Assembly: GCA_965240325.2 (NCBI GenBank)
Contig: OZ251246.1
Coordinates: forward strand, 1,264,398 to 1,328,397
DNA from: Rebecca billardiae RCC1528
Lineage: Eukaryota > Protista > Haptophyta
Direction: 5' to 3'
Length of the DNA stretch: 64,000 bases
The position numbers and the translations under genes are program-made. Positions within the stretch are counted from its first letter, which is position 1. Every line of letters begins with the position of its first letter. Positions 12,180 through 24,713 of this stretch are shown piece after piece. Below the pieces are notes generated by a model. It did no database searches, was not told the origin of the DNA, and saw only the letters and a program-made list of their open reading frames with translations.

Positions 12180-12990
12180 GTTACCTCGTGCCCCAAAAAC
12201 CATGTAACCTGAGCCTGGATGGCAAAGCAGAGCAGGCGATGAGCCGAGCAGCAGCACTCGAGCTGGCTGGCGCGGTGGCCCAGGTGTGGTTACCTGATAC
12301 CTAGTGCCCGCAAAACCACGTAACCTGAGCCCGGATGCCAAAGCCGAGGCGGTGAGCCGAGCAGCAGCACTCGAGCTGGCTGGCGCGGTGGCCCAGGTGT
12401 GGTTACCTCGTGCCCGCAAAACCATGTAACCTGAGCCCGGATGCCAAAGCCGAGGCGGTGAGCCGAGCAGCAGCACTCGAGCTGGCTGGCGCGGTGGCCC
12501 AGGTGTGGTTACCTCGTGTCCGCAAAACCATGTAACCTGAGCCCGGATGCCAAAGCCGCAAGGCGATGAGCCGAGCAGCAGCAGTCCAGCGGGCTGGCGC
12601 GGTGGCCCAGGTGTGGTTACCTCGTGTCCGCAAAACCACGTAACCTGAGCCCGGATGCCAAAGCCGAGGCGATGAGCCGAGCAGCAGCACTCAAGCTGGC
12701 TGGCGCGGTGGCCCAGGTGTGGTTACCTCGTGTCCGCAAAACCATGTAACCTGAGCCCGGATGCCAAAGCCGAGGCGATGAGCCGAGCAGCAGCAGTCGA
12801 GCTGGCTGGCGCGGTGGCCCAGGTGTGGTTACCTCGTGTCCGCAAAACCATGTAACCTGAGCCCGGATGGTAAAGCCGAGGCGATGAGCCGAGCAGCAGC
12901 AGTCGAGCTGGCTGGCGCGGTGGCCCAGGTGTGGTTACCTCGTGCCCGCAAAACCATGTAACCTGAGCCTGGATGCCAAAGCAGAGGTGC
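12180..12990. repeat. 106-bp tandem repeat x ~7.6
   Basis: GGTTACCTCGTG recurs at 12401, 12507, 12615, 12721, 12827, 12933; each unit has an internal GGTTAC...GTAACC inverted repeat. Confidence 0.95.
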
Positions 12991-13007
12991 GATGAGCAAA
13001 TCGTCAG

Positions 13008-14041
13008 TGCTGAGAACGAGCGGATGCATCATCAGCACAATTCCCGCCGAAAATATCGGAGCACGGCTGCAGGTCCAAAAGTCTCCGGAAAATGACGAGC
13101 AGCATAGGCACTGCTAGAAAATCCCGAAAATCCCGCCGAGAATAGTTGCTGCCTTTCTGCCGGCTTCAGATTCGCGCTGAGAAAATGAGCGGATGCATTC
13201 TTAGTTTGAATTCCCGCCGAAAATATCGGAGCACTGCTGCCAGTCCAAACGTCTCCGGAAAATGAGCGGGAGCATAGGCACTGCTAGAAAATCCCGAAAA
13301 TCCCGCCGAGAATAGTTGCTGCCTTTCTGCCGGCTTCAGATTCGCGCTGAGAAACTGAGCGGATGCATTCTTAGTTTGAATTCCCGCCAAAAATATCGGA
13401 GCACTGCTGCCAGTCCAAAAGTCTCTGGAAAATGAGCGGGAGCATAGGCTCTGCTAGAAAATCCCGCCGGAAATACTTGCTGCCTTTCTGCCGGCTTTAG
13501 AATCGCGCTGAGAAACTGAGCGGATGCATTAATAGTTTGAATTCCCGCCGAAAATATCGGAGCACTGCTGCCAGTCCAAAAGTCTGCGGAAAATGAGCGG
13601 GAGCATAGGCTCTGCTAGAAAATCCCGCCGAAAATAGTTGCTGCCTGTCTGTCGGCTTCAGATTCGCGCTGAGAAACTGAGCGGATGCATTCATAGTTTG
13701 AATTCCCGCCGAAAATATCGGAGCACTGCTCAGTCCAAAAGTCTCCGGAAAATGAGCGGGAGCATAGGCTGTGCTAGAAAATCCCGCTGAAAATAGTTGC
13801 TGCCTGTCTGTCGGCTTCAGATCCGCGCTGAGAAACTGAGCGGATGCACCCTCAGCGCAGATTCCCGCCGAAAATATCGGAGCACTACTGCCAGTCCAGA
13901 AGTCTCCGGAAATGAGCGGGAGCATAGGCACTGCTAGAAAATCCCGCCGAAAATAGCCGCTGTCTTTTTGCAAGCCTCAAATCCGCGCTGAGAAACTGAG
14001 CGGATGCATTATCAGTTTAAATTCCCGCCGAAAATATCGGG
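13008..14041. repeat. 160-170-bp tandem repeat x ~6
   Basis: GAGCGGATGCA recurs at ~13018, 13187, 13357, 13518, 13679, 13838, 13998; internal TCCCGCCGAAAATA sub-repeats. Confidence 0.95.
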
Positions 14042-14189
14042 CTGCTACCTGGCGAACGATGCTTGCGCGCACGTGAGTTGCTCTACTGTGTAACCATTTT
14101 ACTGAGCAACCGCCGCAATCGAAACGCATTTCTCTCGCAAATGATTAATGAACATGCGCGCGTCACGCGCGTGCTCGTCGCTATCGTCA

Positions 14190-14630
14190 AGCTGAATATT
14201 CCATATTTTTTATTCTCCATATTCTCAATATTCTCATTCTCTCATTTTCTCATTTTTTCTTTTTTTCATTTTCTCATTAACTGATAAATTATTATATTCG
14301 AAATTGTTTTCATTATTCTCAATTATTCTCATCATTCTCAACTATTCTCTATATTCTCATTACTGTGAGTATAAAATTTGAGTATAAAATTAACAAGTAA
14401 ATATTCCAAATATGCACATATATATATTCTTAAATACGTTATTTCAAACTAGCAGAGGCTACTACAGCAGCGCTTTGTTTTTTAAAAATATATCAACGGC
14501 CCGCCATACAATAAAAGTATATATATATATACGTATATATAATATATACTTTCCACTTGTCATCCGATAAATATGTGCAATAAGGGGATACCTTTATTAA
14601 TGAAAATATTTTATAATTGAAGCTAGGGCG
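14190..14630. other. AT-rich low-complexity tract (ATTCTC- and TA-rich)
   Basis: Strong AT bias against the very GC-rich flanking genes. Confidence 0.8.
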
Positions 14631-14949
14631 TTCCACGCTCTAAATAGGGGAAAGGGGTACATCACGCTGGATCTGTAGCTGAAATGCGTACCCCTTTAGA
14701 GCTGTTGGCACGACTCCTCAACCTCCTCCGCGGACGAGTGCCGGACGACGGCCCGAGCCAGATGCCGGCCGGCACGGGCATCCGCGCCATCCCGACCGCG
14801 ACAGTCGTCGGCTCGTCATCATGCGTCTCTCTGCAGGATCCCGCAGGGTTCTCCGCCTCGGCAAGACCGCCCACTCGTCCAGAGCGCCGAGTCGGACGCC
14901 CGGCGGAGCTCTTCAGGAAGCGCGCGGTTCATGAGGAGCTGCGGGTGCG

Positions 14950-15930
14950 CTACTGGCGCAGCAGGCCCTCGGCGATGCGGCTCACCGCGCCCTCGTCCGC
15001 ACCCTCGCGGTGCGCGAAGTAGACCTCGGTGCTCAGCCGCGGCGTGGCGCCGAGCGTGGCGCACGCGCGCTCGAGCGCCTCGCTCCACTCGTCGACCATC
15101 CCGCCGCGGCCCACGAGGTGGAAGTGGCACTCGGCCAGGCTGACGCCCGCGGCGCGCAGCTCGGCGGCGATCAGCGCGGGCGCGCACGCGTCCAGCCGGC
15201 CGGCGGACGCGCGCTCGGCGTCGGCGGCGGTGCCGGCGGCGCTGAGGCACGCGCGCCACTCGAAGCGCGGCGTGCCGTCCGGCGCGGCGCCCGCGCCGTG
15301 CGCGATGTCGTCGAGCTCCTCCGCGCACACCACGTCGCCCGGCTCTCTGTAGCCGGCGAACAGCCGCACGGGCGGGGGCAGCACGCCCGCGGGCGCGCGC
15401 CACGCGGCGGCGCACTGCTCGACGAAGCCGAGCTGCGGGCCGACGCCCACGCCGGTGGACAGCAGGAACACGCGCTTGCACCCCTCCCACGCCACGCCCT
15501 CGAAGATGGGCGTGCTGAAGCGGCCGCCGAACGCGAGGCTGGAGAAGGGCTCGAGGCCCTCCAGCAGCTGGCTCTTCCGCGTACCGCCGGCCGGCGTGGC
15601 GTGCTCGGGCGCGAACTCGGGCGGCTCGCCGGCGATCACGCGATAGATCACGTCCACCGCCCGCGCGTCGCGGTCGAAGCGCGTGACCGTGTACGGCCCG
15701 CGCCTGGGCGTGCCGTCCGCGTCGGTCGGCTCGAGCGCGAGCACGTGCCCGGGCGCGTACTCGAGCTCGACGCCGTCGGGGGCGGCGACGCGCACGAGGC
15801 GCGAGCGGCCGTTGGGGCAGACGGCCGCCGTGCAGACCACGCGCCCGACGTGCATCGTGTACGACGGCGGCGGCGCCGCCATGCCGCACAGCGCCGCCGC
15901 GAGCCACGCGCACGCCGAGGGCGCGACCAT
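14950..15930 (-). CDS. Ferredoxin-NADP reductase-like FAD/NAD(P)-binding oxidoreductase with N-terminal targeting peptide
   Basis: ATG at 15930. Motifs YAPGHVLAL, RGPYT (FAD-binding), LLSTGVGVGP (NAD-binding), LFAGYR, HLVGRGGMV, TEVYF. Confidence 0.8.
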   Translation of the reverse strand: MVAPSACAWLAAALCGMAAPPPSYTMHVGRVVCTAAVCPNGRSRLVRVAAPDGVELEYAPGHVLALEPTDADGTPRRGPYTVTRFDRDARAVDVIYRVIAGEPPEFAPEHATPAGGTRKSQLLEGLEPFSSLAFGGRFSTPIFEGVAWEGCKRVFLLSTGVGVGPQLGFVEQCAAAWRAPAGVLPPPVRLFAGYREPGDVVCAEELDDIAHGAGAAPDGTPRFEWRACLSAAGTAADAERASAGRLDACAPALIAAELRAAGVSLAECHFHLVGRGGMVDEWSEALERACATLGATPRLSTEVYFAHREGADEGAVSRIAEGLLRQ

Positions 15931-16636
15931 ACTGTGTCGATCGTGATTCGTCTCGCGCGCGCGCCTTGCTGTGCAGCGCCCCGCGCCCGCGGGAATTCGT
16001 CGTCGGATTCCGGACCATTTGTCCATTTCCCGCGCGCGCTTTCAGTTGTGGCTTGTGCCGAGCGAGCACCGCCGTCGGCATTCGGCCGTCCGGTGCCTCT
16101 ATCAGCTCACACGCTTCACAGGCGACCCAGCAGCGCGGCAGGCTGGCTCGGACGAGCCGGCGGCAGCTGCCACTGCCACTACTGATCGATCGACTACTGA
16201 CCGATCGCCGCACGTGTCACTGTGCATGGGCTGATCCCAATCCGGCGCGCGGCTCTGAGCGCGGCCCCTGCAGGGCTGCAGTCCGTGACGGCTGAGAAGT
16301 CTCCGGGACGAGTGCCAGAGAATCAAGTTAGGTCGCGCAGGCATGCGCAACTGCGGACGGCCCTCGGGCCGCCGTGGCCTCCGCGCCGCCGGCCGCACTC
16401 GGCATGCCGTGTGTACACATGCCGCCCGGTGCCGCCGCGTCAGCCCGAGGCGGCGCGGGGCGGCGCGCTGGACCACGCTGGCACAGCACGCGCGGCCACC
16501 CCGCGCTCCGCTCGCCCCGCAGCCGACCGCCCGCGGCGCCGGCGCGGCCCGCCCCTGCGCGGCGCGGACGGCGCGCGGGGGCGGCGCGCGCTCGCGCGCC
16601 GCCGCCGCCGCGCCGCCGGCCGCGTCGGCGCGCGCG

Positions 16637-17227
16637 TCAGTAGCCGTACGCGCCGCCGCCGCCGCCGCGCCGGCCGCCGCCGGCCGCGGCTGCAGCGCCG
16701 TACGCGAGCGCGGACGCGCCGTACGCGACGCCGCCGTCCACCGGGCTGCCGGGGAAGGCGTGCGCGAGGCCGAGCGCGTACGCGCCGTTGCCGCCGGCCG
16801 CGACGGGCCCCGGCGCGCTCGGCGCGCGCGCGCCCGCCCCGTACCCGTACCCCGCGGCGACGGCGGCGAGCTGCGCGGGCTGCAGGCCGGCGGGCGCGAG
16901 GCCGGGCTGCTGCGCGCTGAACGGCGCGGGCGGCGCGCCGTACGCGCCGTACGCGCCGAGCGCGTAGCCGCCCTGCGCGGCGCCGGCGCCCTGCGCGGCG
17001 AGGAAGCCCGCCGCCGCGCGCGCCGCGCCCGCCGCGCCGTACGGCCCGCCGTGCGCCGGCGCGGGCGCCGGGATGAACATGGCGCCGAGGCCGCCGAGGC
17101 CGCCCAGCCCGCTCAGCGCGCCGCCGCCCGCGCCGCCGAGCGCGCCGTGCGCGCCGGCGAGGCCGAGGGCGGCGGCGTTGGCCGCGCCGCCGCCGCCCGC
17201 GCCGCCGCGCGCGCCCGCGCCCCCGCC

Positions 17228-17271
<44 letters not shown>

Positions 17272-17809
17272 CCCGGTGCGCGCGGATCGGCCTGCCGGCG
17301 GGCGCGGTCACCTTGGTCGCGCGCCGCTTGCCGCTGTCGCCGTCGGGCGCGGCGGCGTACTCGACGGCCTCGCCGACGGTGAGCGCGCGGAAGCCGACGG
17401 CGTGGATAACCGACTGGTGCACGAAGATGTCATCGCCGCCGTCCGCCGGCGTGATGAAGCCGAACCCCTTGTCCGCGCGCCAGCGCGCGACCACGCCGGT
17501 CGAGCGCGCCTCGCCCGCCGCCCACAGCCCGGGCAGCTTGGAGCCGTCGGGCGCGGTGACCGAGGCGGCGCGCGCGCGGCCGTTCTCCTCGTGCGTGAGC
17601 TCGTACCGCACCGCCTCGCCCGCCGTGAGGCAGCGGAAGCCGTCCATCTTGAGCGCCGACTGGTGCACAAACACGTCGGCCGCGGCGGGCGCGCCCGCGT
17701 CCGCGTCGCTGCCCGGCGCGCCCTCCGCGGCGGCGGGGGCGGCGTCGCGCGGCGTGATGAAGCCAAAGCCCTTCTGCAGGTTCCAGCGCTTCACGATCCC
17801 CTCGGGCAT
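16637..17809 (-). CDS. Tandem cold-shock domain protein with Gly/Ala/Tyr-rich tail
   Basis: Two CSDs: GIVKRWNLQKGFGFITP...DVFVHQS and GVVARWRADKGFGFITP...DIFVHQS; ATG at 17809. Confidence 0.93.
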
Positions 17810-18241
17810 GGCGGCTCGGGCGCGGGGTCGGGCTGGGCTGCGCGCGTGCGAGGACGGCCGAGTTCGCAACGCGAGCGCTTTAGCAAAGGCCCGTTCACGT
17901 GGCCCCAGCTGGGTCCGTCCACGCCGGGTCTTTTGCGCAGCCGAGCTCCAATCGGGACCGCCTGGACCGCCACCCTGAAAGCTACTGGGGCGCGGCAGTG
18001 AGTACCGTATGATACGGTTGAGGGAGTTGCACGCCCCCTATGTTCAATATGTGATGCGGGTATGAAGAGAGCCGTCAAGCTCATCGGCCCAACCGGACTC
18101 GAGCTTCCGGACCAACGCGGAAAACCCGCCGACGATGATGAAAAACAGCGCACAAAGCCGAACAGAAAAGTAAGCAAGCCTGCCGACTGACGATCGTCGG
18201 CCTGTGCTGCAGCAAGGAGGCCGCGACCGACGCGCGCACCC

Positions 18242-19176
18242 ATGCCGGCGGCAAGCGGAGCGTCCAAATCGTCCGCGCGGCGCGAGGCGGACGCGGTGCC
18301 GGTCGATCTCTTCGCCGGCGAGCTGCGCATCACCAAGGCGCAGCTCAACGGTGCGCGCGCGCGCGACCGCCCGGCGACCGCCACGCGGCCCGGCCGAGCG
18401 CGCGCGTGGCGCCCAGCCGACGCGCGCGGCGCCCTCTCCGCGCGCGGCGCGCGCGCGCGCGCGCAGCCGTCTCCGAGCTGCACGCGTCGATCCAGGCGAT
18501 CTCGCGCAGCGCGCGCCGGCGCGGCGGCTCCGCGCACGCCGGCCCGTCCGACGAGGAGGCGGGCGCCGCGTTCGAGGCGCACGTGCACGCGGTGCTCACG
18601 CGGCTCGAGGCGAGCGCGGCGGGCGGCGGCGGGCAGGGCTCGCCGCCCAAGCCGAGCGCGTCGCCGCTCGCCGTGCTCGAGGCGCAGCACGAGCTGCTCG
18701 GCTTCCTCGACGGCGAGTACCTCGGCGCGCTGCGCCAGCTGCCGCTGCCGGCCGCGTGCCTGCCCGCGCTCGCCGCGCTGCAGCGCGCGCACGCCGGGCT
18801 GTTCCACGCGTGCACGCAGGTGGCGGTGGAGGTGCACGCGACGCAGGCGAAGCGTATCACGCAGCTCGAGGAGGAGCGGCGCGCCGCCGAGCAGGAGTGC
18901 TCGCAGCTCCTCCTCGCCGCCGAGGCGCTCGAGAGTCAGCTCGCGGACGCGCGCGCCCAGGCCGCGGAGGCGCGCCGCGAGGCGGAGGAGGCCAAGGAGG
19001 TGGCGCAGGCGCACAAGGACGCGGCCGCCGCGGCGGAGGTGGCGCGGGACGAGCACGAGCGCAACGCCGCGCTCGCTCGCGCCGCCGCCGCCGCGCGCGG
19101 CGCCGCGCTCCCGCGCGCGCCGCCGGCGCGCGGCGCGTCGCACGACGCGGCGGCCGGCGGCGGCGGCGGCGCAGAC

Positions 19177-19217
<41 letters not shown>

Positions 19218-20952
19218 CGGCGCCGACGGCGCGCCGTCGGCGGCGACGACGCCCGCGACGCCCGCGCCCGCCGGTGGCGCGCCCGGCGCGCCGCCCGCCG
19301 CCGGCCCGCCGCGCTCGGCCGGCGCCGCCGGCGGCGGGCGCGGCGGCGGGCGCGTCGCGGGCGGGCCGCTCGGCGGGCGGCGCGCGGGCGGCGGCCGGCC
19401 CTCGTCCGCGGGCGGCTCCAAGCGCTCGCCCGCGGTGCGCGCGCTGACGGTGGCGGAGACGCGCGAGCTGATCGCGCAGCTGATGGCGTCGAAGGCGCAC
19501 GCCGACGCGCGCGCCGACGCGCAGCGCCTCCCGCGCGAGACCCTCGCCACGCACGTCGCCTCGCACCTGACCACCAAGTACGGGCTGCGGCCGCTGATCG
19601 CAGAGTGGGCGGCCGCGCTCGGCGCCGCCGTGCGCGCGTACGCGGACGAGGACGCGGACGTGGGCGCGTTCGGCGCGATGCTGGAGGGCGAGGTGGACGA
19701 GGGGTACTGGGAGATGCACGTCGGCGCGAAGGAGATCGTCGCCGACCTGCTCCGCGTCTACCTCAAGGGCAAGCACCCGCTGAAGCCCGAGGCCGAGGTG
19801 GCGCGGCTGTGCGCGCTGCGCGTGGCGGACGCGGAGCCGCTCGAGGAGGACGAGTGGCAGGACGTCGTGCGGTACATGCACGCGCACGCGGAGGCGCTCA
19901 CGCTCACGCACGCGATCAAGGAGGGCGTGCGCGCCAAGCGCGCCGCCGACGCGCGCGCCGCCGCCGCCGCCGCCGCCGCCGGCCGCGGCGGCGGCGGCGG
20001 CGCGCGCGCGCGCGGGCCGCTGTCGGCGCGAGACGCGGCGCTGGCGGCGGGCGCGGACGACGGCTCGCTCGGCGCGCGCGCGCTCGCGCTCAAGCAGGCG
20101 CGCGCGCCGGCGGACATGCGCGTGCCCTACTCGGTGGTGCTGCAGACCATCCTCGCCTTCCAGCTGCACCAGCACCGCCGCTTCCTCGCGCCCTTCGTCG
20201 AGCTGTTCCGCGCGGCGGACGGCGACGGCGCCGGCGTGCTGGACGAGGCCGGGCTGCGCGCGCTCGCGTGCCGGGTGGACGGCGGCAAGGACGAGGCGGA
20301 GCTGCGCGCGATGCTGGGGCGCGCGGACCCGCACAACCTCGGCGTGTTCACCTTCTCGCAGGCGGTCGCCGCGCTCGCCGGCGAGATCGTCTCCATGTGC
20401 GCGATGCGGGGGCGCGCGCCCTCGCCGCGCCGCGCGCCGCGCGCCGCTCGCGCGCGCGCACGCGCTCACGCGCCGCGCGCCGCGCCCGCACCCGCGCCGC
20501 GCGCGCCGCGCAGGGTGACGGGCACGGACGGCGGCGGCAGCGGCGCGGGCGGCGTGCGCGCGCCGGGCAGCAGCTGGCCCGCGCTGCCCAGCTCGCCCGT
20601 CTCGCGCGCGCCCGCGGGCGGCGCCGACGCGCGCGGCGCGCGCGCGTGGGCGCGCGTGGGCGGCGCCGCGGCGGGCGCGTACGAGGGCTACCGCGCGGAG
20701 TGGCACGCGCACGGGCTGAGGGCGCTCTCGCTCGACGAGCTGCACGCGGAGGCGGCGCAGCCGGACGGGCTGGTGGGCCGGGCGAACGAGCTGCGCGCGC
20801 TCGCGCCCGCCGCCGCGGCGATCTACCGGCAGCACGCGGGCAGCGCGGCCGCGCACGGGCCGGTGGTCGTGCCAGGCAAGCCGAGCGCCGCGCTGCGCGC
20901 GCTCGCGCGCGTGCACCCCGAGGTGGTCGCGCTCGGCGAGCCGGGCGCGTGA
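18242..20952 (+). CDS. Coiled-coil protein with TSNAXIP1-like domain and EF-hands (possibly ciliary); exons 18242-18350, 18467-20396, 20514-20952
   Basis: Introns 18351-18466 (gtgcgc..gcgcag) and 20397-20513 (in-frame, 117 bp). Motif HLTTKYGL...AEWAAAL...YADEDADVGAFGAMLEGEVDE; EF-hand DGDGAGVLDEAGL. Confidence 0.7.
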
Positions 20953-21351
20953 CGGCGCGAGCGAGGCGTGCGCCGCGTGGACGGATGGCGACGCCCGGCT
21001 CAGCGCCGCGCGCGGGGCGGCGGGGCGGCGGGGAGCCGCTGGCAGCGGTGCCGCGGCCGGGTGGGCCGTGGGCGGTGCGTGCACTCTCAACTCCGAACTC
21101 GTGTGTGTGGTCCGGGGCCTGTCGTGATCGAGCCGCTTTGATGATCAGTGATCAGTGATCAACAAAAAACGGAGCGAGATTCGCATACTGTATGTGTATG
21201 GCAACGGCATAGGCCCCGTCACATACGGTAACAGTATGCAGCTTGACTGAAATAGTCAATGACTGACCCGACCGCTCGCCGACCAGCCCGCCCCGGCCGG
21301 CGCGGGGGGGCTGAGTAACGTACGCCGGTAGGGGCGAGCGAGTGCGCAACC

Positions 21352-24096
21352 ATGGCGGCTGCCAGCCGTGGCGCCGGCGCGCGCTGGCCCGCCACCGTGC
21401 TGGCGCTGGTGGTGGCGGCGGCGAACGTGCGGTGCGCGGCACCGCCGCAGCCGTCGCCGCCGCCACCGGTGCCGCCGAGCCCGCCGCCCTCGCCGCCGCC
21501 CTCGCCGCCGCCCTCGCCGCAGCCGCGAGCACCGCCGCGCCCGCCGCCGCGCCCGCCGCCGCGCCCGCCGCCGAGCCCGCCGCCGAGCCCGCCGCCTCCA
21601 AGCACACCGGCGCAGCCCAAGCCGCCGCCAAAGCCACCGCCTAGCCCGCCACCGCCGCCTTTCCCCTCGCCGCCGCCGCCGGGGCCGCCCAGCCCGCCGC
21701 CGAGCCCGCCGCCCTCGCCGAGCCCGCCGCCGAGCCGGCCCCCGCCGCCGCAGCCGTCGCCACCGCCGCCGGTGCCGCCGAGCCCGCCGCCGAGCCCGCC
21801 GCCTTCGCCCCCGTCGCTCCCACCACCCAGACCGCCGCCGAGCCCGCCGCCGCGCGCGCCGCCGGCGCCGCCGCCGGCGCCGCCGCCGGCGCCGCCGCCG
21901 GCGCCGCCGCCGAGCCCGCCGCCCTCGCCGCCGCCCAGCCCGCCGCCGAGCCCGCCGCCCTCGCCGCCGCCCAGCCCGCCGCCGCCGTCGGTGCGGCCGC
22001 CACCGTCTCCGCCGCCACGCGCGCCGCCTCGCGCGCCGCCGCCACCGCTCCCATCCCCGCCGCCTCCCGCGCCGCCGAGCCCGCCGCCATCGCCGCCACC
22101 ATCGCCGCCGTCGCCACCGCCGCGGCCGCCGCCGAGCCCGCCGCCGGCGCCGCCACCCAGCCCGCCGCCGAGCCCACCGCCGACCCCCCCGCCGAGCCCG
22201 CCCCCCATGCCGCCCCCTAGCCCGCCGCCGGCGTCGCCGCCGCGCCCGCCGCCGAGCCCGCCGCCCACACCGCCGCCCAACCCGCCGCCCAGCCCGCCGC
22301 CGAGCCCGCCGCCCAGCCCGCCACCCAGCCCGCCGCCGAGCGCGCCGCCCACACCGCCGCCATCGCCGCCGCCCATGCCGCCCCCTAGCCCGCCACCCAG
22401 CGCGCCGCCGAGCCCGCCGCCGAGCCCGCCGCCGAGCGCGCCGCCAGCGCCGCCGCCGAGCCCGCCGCCGCAGCCGCCTCCGAGCCCGCCGCCGAGCCCG
22501 CCGCCGAGCCCGCCGCCGAGCGCGCCGCCAGCGCCGCCGCCGAGCCCGCCGCCGCAGCCGCCTCCGAGCCCGCCGCCGAGCGCGCCGCCGAGCGCGCCGC
22601 CGAGCACGCCACCCAGACCGCCGCCGAGCCCACCGCCGAGCCCGCCGCCGCACTCACCTCCGAGCCCGCCGCCGAGTCCGCCGCCCAGCGCGCCACCGAG
22701 GCTGCCGCCGAGCGCGCCGCCTGCGCCGCCGCCGAGCACGCCGCCGAGCGCGCCGCCAGGCGCGCCGCCAGGCGCGCCGCCGAGCGCGCCGCCGAGCCCG
22801 CCGCCGAGCGCGCCGCCAGCGCCGCCGCCGAGCGCGCCGCCGCAGCCGCCTCCGAGCGCGCCGCCGAGCGCGCCGCCGAGCGCGCCGCCGAGCACGCCAC
22901 CCAGCGCGCCGCCAGGCGCGCCGCCGAGCGCGCCGCCGAGCGCGCCGCCAGCGCCGCCGCCGAGCCCGCCGCCGCAGCCGCCGCCGAGCGCGCCGCCGAG
23001 CCCGCCGCCGAGCGCGCCGCCAGCGCCGCCGCCGAGCGCGCCGCCGCAGCCGCCTCCGAGCGCGCCGCCGAGCGCGCCGCCGAGCGCGCCGCCGAGCACG
23101 CCACCCAGCGCGCCGCCAGGCGCGCCGCCAGGCGCGCCGCCGAGCACGCCGCCGAGCACGCCGCCAGCGCCGCCGCCGAGCCCGCCGCCGCAGCCGCCGC
23201 CGAGCGCGCCGCCGAGCCCGCCGCCGAGCGCGCCGCCAGCGCCGCCGCCGAGCGCGCCGCCGCAGCCGCCTCCGAGCGCGCCGCCGAGCGCGCCGCCGAG
23301 CGCGCCGCCGCTCGCGCCGCCGAGTCCGCTGCCGTCCCCGCCGCCGCTCGCGCCGCCCAGCCACCCGCCTCCCGCCCCGCCGCCGTCGGCGCCGCCGAGC
23401 GCGCCGCCGCTCCAACCGCCGAGCCCTCCGCCTGCGCCGCCACCCGGCCGGCTGCCGAGCCCGGCGCCAACGCCGCCGCCGCCGCGGGCGCCGCCGCCGC
23501 GCGTGCCGCCGGCGTCACCACCGCCGCGCCCGCCGCCGCCGCCGCCGCCCGGCCCGCCACGCGCGCCGCCGAGCCACCCGCCGCCGCCGAGCCCGCCGTC
23601 GCCGCTCGCGTCGCCGCCACCGCGCCTGCCGCCGCCTTCGCCCGCGCGGCGCTCGCCACCGCCGTCCACACCGCCGCCGCCCTCGCCGCACGCGCCGCCG
23701 CTCCCGCCGCCGCCCTCGCCGCGCTTGCCGCCGCCGCCTTCGCCGCCGCTTAGCCCGCCGCCGCCGCCGCGCGCCGAGCCGTTCCCGCCGCCCGCGCCGC
23801 CGAGCCCGCCGCCGTCGCCGCCGCCCTCGCCGCCGCCACGCGCGCCGTCGCCCTCGCCGCCGTGCGCGCCGCCGCCCTCGCCACGCCCGCCCATGCCCAC
23901 GCCGCCGCCCGCGCCGCCGCCGCCGCCGCCCTCCGCACCGCCGCGCCCGCCGCCGAGCTCTCCGCCGCCGAGCTCGCCGCCGCCGCCGCCGTCACCGCCG
24001 CCGTCGCCGCCGCCGAGCCCGCCGCCGCCGAGCCCGCCGCCCGTGCCGCCGCCGCCTCCGCGCACCGAGCCCTTCCCTCCGCCGGCGCCGCCGAGC

Positions 24097-24128
<32 letters not shown>

Positions 24129-24131
24129 ACC

Positions 24132-24167
<36 letters not shown>

Positions 24168-24679
24168 CTCGCCGCCCGCGCCGCCGCCGCCGCCGTCGCC
24201 GCCGTCGCCGCCGCCGCCCGCGCCGCCGCCGCCGAGCCCGCCGCCGCCGCCGCCGCCGCTGCCGCCGCTGCCGCCGCTCTCGGCGGCCGCCGGCGCGGCG
24301 TCGCGCGTGCGCAGCCGCGCGACGCTCGAGGGCGAGCCGTCCGCGTGGGACGCGGCGTCGGAGGCGGGGCGGGCGCAGCGCGCGGCGTTCCGCGGCGCGG
24401 TGGCGGCGGGCCTGGGCGTGGCCGAGGCGCGCGTGCACATCGTGGCGGTGCTGCCGGGCAGCGTGGCCGTCGTGTTCGACGTGCTGCACGAGCCGTCCGC
24501 GGCCACGCCCACGCTGGCCGACCTCGCGGCCGCGCTCACGGCCGCGAGCGGACCCGTGCGCGCGGCCGTGGGGTCGGCGCTCAACACGACGGTGCTGGCG
24601 CTCTCGCACCCGCAGCCGCGGCCCGCGCCCGCGCCCGCGCCGAGCGCGGCCGAGCTGGGCGCGTCCGCGTCCGCCGCCG

Positions 24680-24713
<34 letters not shown>

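Noticed and set aside
12180-14041. Hammerhead ribozyme or retrozyme in the 106-bp and 165-bp tandem units
   Set aside because: No CTGANGA...GAAA core found by eye in the units.
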